Of a stretch of 64,000 nt of DNA, positions 29,711 to 40,071 are shown one piece after another. The notes beneath the pieces are model-generated. The model saw nothing but the letters and a program-made list of their open reading frames with translations, had not been told where the DNA came from and made no database searches. The position numbers and the translations under genes were made by a program. Position 1 is the stretch's first letter, and every line of letters starts with the position of its first letter. Source of the DNA: an uncultured Verrucomicrobiae bacterium (GTDB lineage: Bacteria; Verrucomicrobiota; Verrucomicrobiia; Chthoniobacterales; UBA10450); contig CAVYXA010000006.1 in NCBI GenBank assembly GCA_963772365.1, forward strand, positions 32,001 to 96,000, written 5' to 3'.

Positions 29711-31863
29711 GGTTTGTTTACTATTGAACGAATGGCAACGCTCGGGGAAATGGTTTCGAGTTTCTCTAAAATCATATGTTTAGTCAGCAACTCTGGAAAA
29801 ACAATTGGTTCAGCCGACGAAGCCGGATAAAGCACATAAAGTGGGACACCTGGGCGGCCGAATCGTTGCAATAATTTTGTGATCGCAGGGTCGCCGTTAG
29901 TCCAGTCGGCGACCAGCTTCGTCACTCCGTGGCGGGAAAACGCTTCGCGGACTTCGGCGCTATTGAGCACCGTTTTCTCATTGAACTTGCAAGTGATGCA
30001 CCAGGCGGCAGTAAAATCGACAAACACCGGGTGACCTTGCGCCAGCTCGGCCGCGACGCGGGATTCGATGTTGCCGGCGGCGGATCCTGATCTTGCAACT
30101 GATACCGATCGGAATTTTTCTCCGATAAAATAGGCGCCGCTACCGAGTACGAGCACGAGCATGAGCACAAAGACAAAGATCCGGTTTCCAATGGATGCTG
30201 TCGGCACGAGAAACACACCTTTCATCCAGCATGCGATGCCGAGCACGAGCAGAAAACTGGCGGCCCAGATCAATGCTTCATAGCCGCGTTGTGCGCCGAT
30301 CACATAAAGGAGAAAGAGAAGCGTCGCGAGCAAAAGAAAGCCCATGAGTTGTTTCACACGTTCCATCCACGCGCCGGGTTTGGGTAGAAATCGTAGCCAG
30401 GCCGGATGCGCACTTAGTGCGAGATAGGGGAGACTCATTCCTGCAGCGATCGCGACAAACATCGCAAAGATGATCAGAGGCGATTGGGTGAAGGCGAAAC
30501 CGAGAGCCGTGCCGAGAAAGGGGGCAGTGCAAGGCGTCGCTAAAACTGTCGCGAACACGCCGTGAAAAAACGAGCCAGCATCACCTTCCCGCGCCACTGA
30601 TCCGACCAAACGCGTCGCGGTTTCTGGCGGATTAATTTCAAACACGCCCAATAGGTTGAGCGCAAAGACCGTGACCAGCGCGCTTAGAGCCAACACAAAG
30701 TACGGATTGGTGAATTGCAACGCCCACGTGATCTGATGTCCGGCGGCTTTCAGCGCAATCAACAGCACTGCGAGCCCGATAAACCAGGCAAAAATTCCTG
30801 CAACAAACAGGGCCCCATTCCGGAAAATGTGACGTCGATGTTGGCCGGCTTGCTTGACGAACCCAAAAATCTTGAGCGAAATCACGGGCAAGACGCATGG
30901 CATCAAATTCAAAATGATCCCGCCCAGGAACCCGAAGAAAAGGTAAGTGGCAAGGCCGCGGGACGCTGTCGAAATGCCTGTCCCAGCGGCGCGAAAATTT
31001 TCCTCGGCAGCCGGTTGTTTGGTTGAGACAACCGCCGCTGCGCCTCCTTGGAAGTACCAGCCTGTGCGATTTGGATCGGTCGCGCTCGCGCCAGCCACAA
31101 TCAAACCGTGCAACTCAGTCGGCGGTTTGTTCTCGAACGGAATCTTAAACGTGACTTGATCATCTGTGCGCGATTCGATGCTTGCGTGGCCCACCACCGT
31201 GTTTTCCAGCGGCAACGGATAAAGATCGACGAACGAATAGCCGGCGAGCCCACTGTGCTGGAAACCAAATGAGATCGCGGAAGCGGCGCGGTCCCAATTC
31301 TCGATCTTACCCGTGGTCTGCGGCAGCAATTTGCGATATCGCGAAAATAGCTCGGTGTTCGCCGGCTGAGTCGACGCGGCAGTCGGTAATTTCAACTCGA
31401 GTTTTGCGCTGCCAGGAACACAGATTTTTTCGCAGACGAGCCAGTCAGCGTCGGCCGCAAGTCTGACGGTGGAATCGGAAATCGCAGCTGGCGGCGTGAT
31501 TTCTTGGATGAGTAGAACTTCATCGCTGTAGCCGTAGGTGACGATGTCGCCCGGATCTTTGAGCTTGAGCGGAATAGGCCATTGAATGTCGCCGATTTTC
31601 CAGCCTGGCGGTAATTTCCATTTGATCTCGGTCGGCAATCCTGCGTCGCCGGAAAACTTCCAATAGGTGTGCCAGCCCGGCGCCATGCGCAGCAGAAGAC
31701 CGACGCTGAATGGTTTCCCAGGAACGACGCCGTTTGTATCCGACAGCAACGTCGCGTTAACCAGTTTCTTGCCCTCATAGGTTTGACCGCTCGTCAACAG
31801 GGTCGCTCCGAGGACCGACAACAGAAATATGCCGATAAAAAGAACGAATCGGCTAGTTTTCAT
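29707..31863 (-). CDS. dsbD: DsbD/ScsB-like thiol:disulfide interchange protein
   Basis: WHTYW..GDAG, VCEKIC, LNLMPCVLP, TPCTAP, FTAAWCITCK. Confidence 0.9.
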   Translation of the reverse strand: MKTSRFVLFIGIFLLSVLGATLLTSGQTYEGKKLVNATLLSDTNGVVPGKPFSVGLLLRMAPGWHTYWKFSGDAGLPTEIKWKLPPGWKIGDIQWPIPLKLKDPGDIVTYGYSDEVLLIQEITPPAAISDSTVRLAADADWLVCEKICVPGSAKLELKLPTAASTQPANTELFSRYRKLLPQTTGKIENWDRAASAISFGFQHSGLAGYSFVDLYPLPLENTVVGHASIESRTDDQVTFKIPFENKPPTELHGLIVAGASATDPNRTGWYFQGGAAAVVSTKQPAAEENFRAAGTGISTASRGLATYLFFGFLGGIILNLMPCVLPVISLKIFGFVKQAGQHRRHIFRNGALFVAGIFAWFIGLAVLLIALKAAGHQITWALQFTNPYFVLALSALVTVFALNLLGVFEINPPETATRLVGSVAREGDAGSFFHGVFATVLATPCTAPFLGTALGFAFTQSPLIIFAMFVAIAAGMSLPYLALSAHPAWLRFLPKPGAWMERVKQLMGFLLLATLLFLLYVIGAQRGYEALIWAASFLLVLGIACWMKGVFLVPTASIGNRIFVFVLMLVLVLGSGAYFIGEKFRSVSVARSGSAAGNIESRVAAELAQGHPVFVDFTAAWCITCKFNEKTVLNSAEVREAFSRHGVTKLVADWTNGDPAITKLLQRFGRPGVPLYVLYPASSAEPIVFPELLTKHMILEKLETISPSVAIRSIVNKP

Positions 31864-31980
31864 TCCAGTAATTAACATCAAGCCAGAGTTGCAGCAATTG
31901 CGCCCGGCACGCCGCATTGACTAAAGAAGAGCGAGACTATGCAAAATCCCGCGTGAAGAGTGGCTAAAGCTTGGGACTGC

Positions 31981-32550
31981 CTACGGCGTGTTCTTTCGAA
32001 GCGTTTCTAACTTCGCTCGAATTGCCGATTTAAAATCCGCGAGGGACATCCCAGTTCCTGAAGTGGTGGGTTGTTCAGCCCGTCCGATCTGTGCCAGATC
32101 GACAACCGGCTTCCCGTCGTTTGTTCGGATGACTTCCTGCCCCGCCTGATCATGTTGCACACGAAAACGGCCATGCATGATGCCGACCAGCGGAATGAAT
32201 TGGCTACCGTTATTTTGCACGAAAACAACGTCTTGACCGCCAACGGCGAACTTGGGAGCATCGGCCACTTCCATCGTTTTGCCATCGACAGTTCCACCCA
32301 GCATCCGGATGGCGTACGATTGGCCCGGTATCCCCTTAACTGCGTCTTCCACCCTGAAAGTTACATACGTCACGATAGTTCGTTGGGCGCCTTCACCGAT
32401 CCATTGCGATTTGACGTTGGTAACTCGGCCTTGAAAGATGACGTCCGCCTCGTTAACGAGCTCGTCAAAACTCGGCGGAATCACGGTTGTCGCGCGATTG
32501 GCAATCAATGCCGGAAACAACAAAGCGATGCACAGGAGAGTTCTTTTCAT
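31981..32550 (-). CDS. Hypothetical secreted protein (TIMP/OB-like, ATTVIPPSFDELV type)
   Basis: Signal peptide, beta-rich ADVIFQGRV...FRVEDAVKG...GG pattern; directly downstream of the matrixin gene. Confidence 0.75.
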   Translation of the reverse strand: MKRTLLCIALLFPALIANRATTVIPPSFDELVNEADVIFQGRVTNVKSQWIGEGAQRTIVTYVTFRVEDAVKGIPGQSYAIRMLGGTVDGKTMEVADAPKFAVGGQDVVFVQNNGSQFIPLVGIMHGRFRVQHDQAGQEVIRTNDGKPVVDLAQIGRAEQPTTSGTGMSLADFKSAIRAKLETLRKNTP

Positions 32551-34244
32551 GAGGACTGGTAAATTGTCGATGGTACTAAATAATCGCGATCAGTAGTTTC
32601 CTGGTTTTCCGTTCCATGGTGCAATCTGCCGACCTGACATCTTGCAGCCGTTTCTCTCGCAACGGAAAATCGCTCAGCTTGCGCAACGAAACAGTCACCA
32701 CCCCGAAAAGGAAGCGTTACTGCGGAAGGAAAACGCCAAACCGGAAAGATCTCTGTCAAAAACAAACCTGTTAGTCGAGCTGCGGCGGGATCGACAACGC
32801 CATGGCGTGCCAAGGTCCAGCCGGATACCACCGTTGGACCCCACGCGCTACCGATAAAGACACGGTTGTTCAGATACCAGATCGCTGTCCCTCGGGTGCT
32901 TGGATTGTAGAGCAGGTAATCAGGTTTATCGTCGCCATTAAAATCGGCCACTCCTTTCAGCAGGTAACCGCTGGCGATCGTACAACCATATGCGCTGCGA
33001 AGATAGGTTACCCCCGACAAATACCAGATCGCGGTCTGTCTGGTGCTGCTGTTAACCAGCAGGTAATCTGGATTACCGTCTTGATCGAAGTCGGCCACGT
33101 TCACAAGGCTCCACCCGGCTACGGCGGTTGGGCCCCACGCGCTACCGATAAAGACATTGTTGTTCAAGTACCAGATCGCTGTCCATCGGGTGCTGGAGTT
33201 GTACAGGATATAATCTGGATGATTGTCGTGATTGATATCGCTCACGGCCGCCAATACGTAGCCGCTGGGCAGAGTTGGCCCGTAGGCAGTGCTGATGACC
33301 GCACTGTTTTCCAAGTACCAGATCGCCGTACGACGGGTGGCGGGATTAAAGAGCAGATAATCTGGCCAGCCGTCGCCATTGAAATCGGCCACATTGATGA
33401 TGTTCCAGCCGTAGGGAACATCGGTTCCATACGCACTTCCCGCATACGCACTGTTGTTCAGATACCAGATCGCGCTCTGACGCGTGCTGCCGTTGTAAAG
33501 GAGCAAATCCGGATGACCGTCCCGATTAAAATCTGCAAGCGCTAGAGAGGTTGAAATCGGCATTGGCAGCGGCGTCGGCCCCGGCGTAGCTGTCGGAGTC
33601 GGCAATGGCGCCCCGTACAAAAAATTGCGCACCCGAAATGTCGTCGCTGGCCAGTGTCTCGCGATTACTAGTTTCGGAATTCATGATTGCATCGACGTGC
33701 TGTCCGTGGTCGTCGGGATGATCGAGACCGATCGCGTGCCCAAGTTCATGCAGCAAAATTCGCCGGATGTCGCCGATTGCATATCCGCCATTGCCGTAAC
33801 GCAGCGGCCCACGATAGGAATCAAACTGTTGATGCTCATTAAAAAGAACATCGGCCTCGGTCATCGTCGATCCCGAGTACAGATCTCGGTCACGGCCAGA
33901 GTATGGGGCCCGAAACTTTGACCAAAAACTGTGCTGGCGAAAACAACCGAGTTGATTCCGTCTCCCGATGATACGCCAGTAGTCGGGCTCCTTGAAGTCA
34001 ACTGGGCCCGCTGAATCACTCGGTTCCACATGCCCAAAGCGGGCGCAGCAGCCGTGTCCCAGGATGTGTTGCCATCAATGAGCACCCTTCCAGCACTACC
34101 GAGACCGAGCTCGAAAATGACGGTCGAGCTATTCGGCCAGTGGGGCCCTTCCAAGGCGTAGGAGAGAAGAGAGAGCGGAATGAGCGAGAGCGCTCCGGCA
34201 ATCATCGTGCTGGCCAGCATTATGAGAGCTCTTTTGTGAGTCAT
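32547..34244 (-). CDS. Secreted matrixin-like zinc metalloprotease with PT linker and FG-GAP repeats (two frameshifts, probably sequencing errors)
   Basis: HELGHAIGLDH plus AIM Met-turn; about five DFNxDGxPD repeats; frames join with one base added at ~33880 and one A removed at 33619-33624; the true stop may lie nearer 32800. Confidence 0.8.
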
Positions 34245-34441
34245 GATCGCAAAAATGGGGTTGCTTGCATGCCGGGGAAGGAGTGCGTGAAAAACATAAA
34301 GCACGAACCGTACTGGGCTGTTTCTTTGCCACGCTTTTCCCAAAAAAACTACCGCCGCAATTCAAGCACGGGTCGCCCTGCTCCGCAAACATCTTTCAAG
34401 GCGTTTTCGTACGATATCTCTCAAACCGTTTGGATTTGAAG

Positions 34442-35008
34442 CTACGGAACGATGAAAATTTTGTCAGTCCATGGATCTTTCACTCTGCTGCCCGGTGTAT
34501 AGCCGCTGACATCGACATATCGCTTCTTGGGATCGAACGGACTGATGACGTAGCCGGGTTTGTCCGGGACTCGCGTCGCCGTGGGAAATTGTCCCTGGGG
34601 ATGCGATTTCGCTGCTTGATCGTCGGACGTTTTTGGCTGGCTCTTCGTTCCGGTTGCTTCGACATACGAACGTGTCGGCACTGGTGTTGTCGGCGCTCGG
34701 GACACACTTGTTGCCGCGAGCCGGCGCTGTTTGGGATGAGATGATATTTTTGCTGGGCTCGGCAAAGGAGTTGCCGCCGCTAACGGTGTGGTGATGCGCG
34801 TCGTTCGCGTCACAGTGGTCGTGGTGTGCGTCACGACTCGTGTTCCCGGTGCAGGGCGATCGGTATGTTGCCGAATCATCCTCACCGGGGCGGTTACTGC
34901 GTGATAAGAAGTGGAAGCGACTCCGCGCATGATTCCGCACCCTTCCATCGTCGTAATGATGAAAATGGACGCAATTCCAAGTATGAAATGACCGAAGCTC
35001 CGTTTCAT
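34442..35008 (-). CDS. Hypothetical lipoprotein with Thr/Pro-rich linker and small C-terminal domain
   Basis: MEGC lipobox-like motif; C-terminal PDKPGYVISPF..YVDVSG...VKDPWT.KIFIVP. Confidence 0.75.
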   Translation of the reverse strand: MKRSFGHFILGIASIFIITTMEGCGIMRGVASTSYHAVTAPVRMIRQHTDRPAPGTRVVTHTTTTVTRTTRITTPLAAATPLPSPAKISSHPKQRRLAATSVSRAPTTPVPTRSYVEATGTKSQPKTSDDQAAKSHPQGQFPTATRVPDKPGYVISPFDPKKRYVDVSGYTPGSRVKDPWTDKIFIVP

Positions 35009-35081
35009 TCGGCTGCTCCTTATACAACGTCCTCCCGCACAAGCAACTCACATAATACCCTGTTTTTCCGTCATTATGAGC

Positions 35082-36125
35082 TTAGCCAATGAGCGCTGTG
35101 AGGTCTGTCACAAACTCGGAAATTTCCTCGTCAGTCGTCGCCCAGGAGCACATCAGCCGATAGATGTTTGGCTCCCCGAATTTATAAAAATGCCAGCCGC
35201 GCGTTTGAAGATTCTGCGCAAGTTTCTCTGGCAGCCGCAGGAAAACGGAATTCGCATCAACTGGGAACACGCTGCCGATCTTCGCTTGAGATCGCAACTC
35301 CCCAGCCAATCTACGAGCAGCCTCGTTCGCACGACGCGCGTTCCGCAGCCAAAGATTATCATTGAGCAGAGCGACCCATGGCGCAGCCAGGAAACGCATT
35401 TTCGATCCCAGTTGGCCACCTTGTTTCAGCCTGTAATCAAACTCGCGGGAAAGCTCGTTATAAAAAAAAATGACAAGCTCGCCGGAAGCCAATCCATTTT
35501 TCGTGCCGCCAAAACAGAGAACATCTACACCACTCTGCCAGCTGATCTCTTTTGGCGTACAGCCCAGCGAAGCGACCGCATTGGAAAAACGTGCCCCGTC
35601 CATGTGAAGCAGAAGCGATCGGCTGGATGCGAACTCGTGCAGCGTGCGAATTTCTTCGGGAGTGTAGACGGTGCCCAGCTCGGTCGCCTGGGTGATACTG
35701 AGGACACGCGGCTTCGGTGCGTGCAGTTCGGGTTGGCTCGTGATTGCCGCCTCAGCTGCGCCGATGTCGATCTTGCCATTCGCACCGCCTGTCAATAAGA
35801 GCTTCGATCCGGAAAAAAATTCCGGTGCACCGCACTCGTCTGTTTGGATATGTGCGCGTTCGTGGCACACAATGCTCTGAAATGGCTGGCAAAGATGGGC
35901 CAGGCTGAGCGCGTTGGCGGCTGTTCCATTGAAAGCGAGAAAGACCTGGCACTCCGTTTCGAAAATATCACGAACACGCCGCCTCAACTGTTTTGTCCAT
36001 TCGTCCTCGCCGTACGAAGGCGCTTCTCCGATGTTCGCTTCCTGAAGAGCAGCCAATGCTTCCGGACAGAACGGGGCTGTATTATCGCTGGCAAATTGAT
36101 GGTGCGGCGCAGCTAAGCTCATCAC
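35082..36125 (-). CDS. ltaE: Low-specificity L-threonine aldolase
   Basis: FASDN, NGTAAN, HIQTDECGAPE, HMDGARF, GGTKNG. Confidence 0.9.
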   Translation of the reverse strand: MMSLAAPHHQFASDNTAPFCPEALAALQEANIGEAPSYGEDEWTKQLRRRVRDIFETECQVFLAFNGTAANALSLAHLCQPFQSIVCHERAHIQTDECGAPEFFSGSKLLLTGGANGKIDIGAAEAAITSQPELHAPKPRVLSITQATELGTVYTPEEIRTLHEFASSRSLLLHMDGARFSNAVASLGCTPKEISWQSGVDVLCFGGTKNGLASGELVIFFYNELSREFDYRLKQGGQLGSKMRFLAAPWVALLNDNLWLRNARRANEAARRLAGELRSQAKIGSVFPVDANSVFLRLPEKLAQNLQTRGWHFYKFGEPNIYRLMCSWATTDEEISEFVTDLTALIG

Positions 36126-36169
36126 CCTGTTTGCTACGCGCTGTTCCGTCCCGGTGCAATCCGAAACAA

Positions 36170-36219
36170 ATTTGCCTAACGGACCCGAGCCCTGGGCCTG
36201 CGAGGTCCGCCAGGCAAAT
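36170..36219 (-). terminator. Long hairpin followed by a U-rich tract, downstream of the halogenase pair
   Basis: Minus strand atttgcctggcggacc...ggtccgttaggcaaat (stem with G-U pairs) followed by ttgttt. Confidence 0.55.
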
Positions 36220-36387
36220 AACCTCAGTTACTTATCCACTCTTCTCGCCCGAATCACGCGAAGGAGAATTGTGTCACGCTCTTTCCGTGTGTTCCTAAGG
36301 TTCATTCTGGATTCGAATCCCAACCAGCGGTTGAGCCTATGTCGGAACAAAAAAATGCGAGACTGCGAACAGGCGCATCATGGCGGG

Positions 36388-38184
36388 TCAAACCATATGG
36401 GCGCCGTCGGGTTCGTCGATCCTCGAGCGCACGATGCCACTGCGCCCAGAGCGCCGCAGGGCCTCGTTATCCTCGCGACTCGACCGAATGTGGCTAACTT
36501 CGGCAATGCGCAGAGTCGGATATTGACTATCGATCTTTCGTTCGATCCACCCTTCGTGGGCCATCACTTCCAGGGTTTGGAGAAGTCCTGCCCGGAGAAA
36601 ATCGGCGTTCTCCTGATCGTTTGGAGAGACGCGCGCGATTTTCTTCTCGATCGCCGCGACCATATCCGCAAGCGCCGAAGCCTGACGCAGCACCTCAATT
36701 ACGATCGCGAAGTTACCTGCAACCGGCAGGCGGCGACCGTCACGAACATAGCACGGAACTGCATGAATCCGTCCGTGACTTAGAAGTCCGACGCGCTCGG
36801 TTCTTGCGCCGCGCAGATCGAGTTTAAACACGTTGTAGCCGTCCACGAGCCAGGATGCTTTGCGTTTTTTGGGATCGAATAGCTCGATCACTTTTTTGGT
36901 TGAAGCGGGATCGAACGTGCCGGCCATCGCGATCGTGTCCGATTCAGTAGCGAATCCGCCCAAGCCCAGCCATGTCCAGGCGTTTTCCGGATCGAGATTG
37001 AGACCAGCGTCACGGGCGATTCGGGCACAATGATCTTTTAGATCCGTAAAGCAGCTGTTAGCTGCGTACCAGTATTGGGCGAATTGAATATGCTGACGGA
37101 TAGTGCCGCGCTGGCGCTGATCGTAACGTTGGCGTAACCAAGTAGGGTTGTGTTCGCCGCGGCGAAGTTCAAGAATTGTATAAGCGGCGTCGCGAGCGGA
37201 TTCATGCGCCAGCGTCATCCCGGCCGAGAGAATTGGATCCGCGAAACCGGCCGCTTCACCGCACAGGAACCAGTTTTCACCCACCGCGCGGTCAGCCAGG
37301 TGCGACCAGTCACGGCAAGTAGTGAGGCGGCCTTCGGCTCGAGCATGGCGCAGCAGGTTCCAAATCTGGGGCTGACGCTGAAGAGACTGATGATACAGCT
37401 CTTCGCTCGTTAGGCCAGTCTCCTTGTAATATTCGGCTGGCCAGACGACGCCGATACTCGTTCGGTCAGCTCCAATCGGGATAAACCAAATCCAGCCATA
37501 GGGAAGACTGCGCACCTGAATACGCGTGGCGCCGCCTTCCACTTCCACTGCCCAGTCGGCGCCCCGCCAGTAATCCCAGATCGCGATATTGCGCAATTCC
37601 AGATTTGGATCGATCCCGATTCCCAGCGCGCGGCGGAACAGGGCCATTGTTCCCGAGCCATCGATGTAATACTGCGCGGTTACGATTTCCCCGCTGCTAA
37701 GCTTCAGCCCTTCGATCCGGTCGCCGTTTACCAGCACTTCATCAACTCGGACGCCTTGCCGCACTTCGGCTCCACGCGATTGCGCATGGTCCAGGAGGAT
37801 CTTGTCATATCGCGAGCGGTCGACTTGGAACGCTGTCGATCTTCGCTGGCCCTCGAATTTTGCCGGCCGCGGTTCGGGCTGCCATTTTTCGATAGGATAA
37901 AAATTCAAATCCCAGCGATCACAGTCGCGACCCCAGGTATAAGAAGCTCCGATCTTGATCGGAAAATTAGCGGCTTCGACCGCATCCCAAACTTCCATTT
38001 CCTCGAGAATCAAACAGATCGGCAGAAGCATGCTTTCGCCGATGTGATCTCGCGGGAAAACTTCCTTTTCCAAAAGGAGAACGCGCAGGTCAGGCGAATA
38101 CTTTTTCAGCAGTATCGCGGCGGTGCTGCCGGCCGGGCCACCGCCGACGATTGCAACATCATATCCACCATCACTCGAATGCAT
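36388..38184 (-). CDS. Flavin-dependent halogenase-family protein, paralog 2
   Basis: GGGPAG, FPRDHIGES, FPIKIG (catalytic Lys position), WIWFIP, GEAAGFADPILSAG. Confidence 0.9.
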   Translation of the reverse strand: MHSSDGGYDVAIVGGGPAGSTAAILLKKYSPDLRVLLLEKEVFPRDHIGESMLLPICLILEEMEVWDAVEAANFPIKIGASYTWGRDCDRWDLNFYPIEKWQPEPRPAKFEGQRRSTAFQVDRSRYDKILLDHAQSRGAEVRQGVRVDEVLVNGDRIEGLKLSSGEIVTAQYYIDGSGTMALFRRALGIGIDPNLELRNIAIWDYWRGADWAVEVEGGATRIQVRSLPYGWIWFIPIGADRTSIGVVWPAEYYKETGLTSEELYHQSLQRQPQIWNLLRHARAEGRLTTCRDWSHLADRAVGENWFLCGEAAGFADPILSAGMTLAHESARDAAYTILELRRGEHNPTWLRQRYDQRQRGTIRQHIQFAQYWYAANSCFTDLKDHCARIARDAGLNLDPENAWTWLGLGGFATESDTIAMAGTFDPASTKKVIELFDPKKRKASWLVDGYNVFKLDLRGARTERVGLLSHGRIHAVPCYVRDGRRLPVAGNFAIVIEVLRQASALADMVAAIEKKIARVSPNDQENADFLRAGLLQTLEVMAHEGWIERKIDSQYPTLRIAEVSHIRSSREDNEALRRSGRSGIVRSRIDEPDGAHMV

Positions 38185-38220
38185 AACAAATCCGCTAAAG
38201 CGTGACCATGTTTCCGGCCG

Positions 38221-40015
38221 TCACGCTTGCGCGCTTTCCTCGTCGATCCTCGACCGCATGATGCTGCTACGGCCTACCCGCCGCAGGGCCTCGTTAGCGT
38301 CGCGGCTCAGGCGGATCTGCTGGACCTCGTTACCGACCCGCAAAGCTGGACGGCTGCCGTTACATTTTCGCTCGACCCAACCGTCCTGGGCCATCACTTC
38401 CAAGACCTGAAGATGTTGCGATCGCAGGAATTCACGGTTCTTCGGATCGGTGGCAGGAATATCGCCCAGAGTTTTGTCGATCAGACTCATCATTGTAGCA
38501 AAATCGGAGGTCTGCCGAAGCACTTCGATCATGCGCGCATAGAATCCGGCTACTGGCAGACGTCTACCATTGCGGACGTAGCAGGGAACCGCGTGGATAC
38601 GTCCGTGGCTGAGGATGCCAACGCGCTCTGTTTCGGCCCCACGTAAATCGAGTTTGAACACATTCTGCCTGTCGATCAGCCAAGTTGCCTTGCGTTGTTG
38701 GGTATCGAACAGTTCCAACAGTTTTTTGGCCGAAGCCGGATCGAGAGTGGCGGCCGATGCGATCATTTCCGATTCGCTGGTAAATCCACCCTGGCTCAGC
38801 CAGACCCAGGCTTGTTGCGGCTCGAGATTCAGACCAGCGTCGCGGGCGATATTCGCACAATGCTCCTTGAGTTCCGTGAAACAACTATTGGCCGCGTACC
38901 AGTACCTGGGCGAACTGAATGTGCTGCCGGATCGCGGAGCGCTGTTTTTGGCCGAAGCGTTGGCGAAGCCAGTCCACTTCATGCTCGCCGCGTCGGTATT
39001 CCAAGATCGTATAAGCGGCGTCTCGGGCTGACTGGTGAGCCAGGGTCATTCCGGCTGAAAGAATCGGATCTGCAAACCCAGCTGCCTCTCCGCAGAGAAA
39101 CCAGTTCTCGCCAATCACACGATCCGCCAGGTGCGACCAATCGCGGCAGGTAGTAACCTGGCTCTCCGGTTTCGCATGGCGTAACAATTTCCAAATATCA
39201 GGCTGTCGCTGGAGCGACTTATGGTACAACTCCTCGGCGCTGAGGCCCGCATCTTTGTAATATTCAGCCGGGCAGACGAGCCCGACGCTGGTTCGGTTCG
39301 AACCGAGAGGAATGAACCAAATCCAGCCGTAAGGCAAACTGCGAATCTGGATGCGCGTTACGCCGCTGCCGATCTCCACAGCCCACTCGGCATCGGACCA
39401 GTAGTCCCAGACTGCGATGTTGCGTAACTCCAGCTTTGCATCGATCCCGATATTCAAAGCGCGTCGGAACAGCGCCACCGTGCCGGACGCGTCGATGTAA
39501 TACTGTGCGACGACAGTCTCGCCGCTATTTAACTTCAGTCCCTCGATGCTGTCTCCACTAACGAGTACCTCGTCAACGCGCACGCCTTGTTTCACCTCGG
39601 CTCCGCTGGCCCGGGCGTGCTCAAGAAGGATTTTGTCGTACTTTGAACGATCCACCTGAAAGGCGGTTTGGCGGCGTTGCCCTTCAAACTTTGCCGGGCG
39701 CGGTTCGTCGCGCCATTTTTCAACCGGGTAAAAATCGAAGTCCCAACGATCATTGTTGCGACCCCACGTGTAAGAGGCGCCGATTTTGATGGGAAAGTCC
39801 GCTTCCTCGACCGCATCCCATACTTCCATTTCATCCAGGATCGGGCAGATCGGCGGCAGCATGCTCTCGCCGATGTGGTCGCGCGGAAAGGTTTCCTTTT
39901 CCAACACCAAGACGCGCAATTCTGGTGCGTATTTTTTCAAGAGCGTAGCAGCGGTGCTGCCGGCCGGTCCGCCACCGACGATCGCGACATCGTAGTTCCC
40001 GTTATCCGATGCCAT
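38221..40015 (-). CDS. Flavin-dependent halogenase-family protein, paralog 1 (one-base frameshift at 38905-38906)
   Basis: Same motifs as paralog 2; removing one C restores HIQFAQYWYAANSCF as in the paralog. Confidence 0.88.
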
Positions 40016-40071
40016 GGTGGGTTCCGAGCATACGCCAAATCGGTAAGACGTTAAATTGCTAAGTTGTCCGG

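Noticed and set aside
24185..31863. Several redoxins and dsbD as a novel redox system
   Set aside because: dsbD-redoxin pairing is well known, and the other redoxins are scattered and unlinked.
32800..33540. Regularly spaced DNA repeats that could suggest a CRISPR array
   Set aside because: They are in-frame FG-GAP coding repeats; there are no unique spacers and no cas genes.
36126..36387. Possible glycine riboswitch upstream of ltaE, or a small RiPP precursor ORF
   Set aside because: No glycine riboswitch consensus is visible; the short ORFs (14 and 25 aa) lack a convincing RBS or precursor features; a terminator-like hairpin explains the structure.
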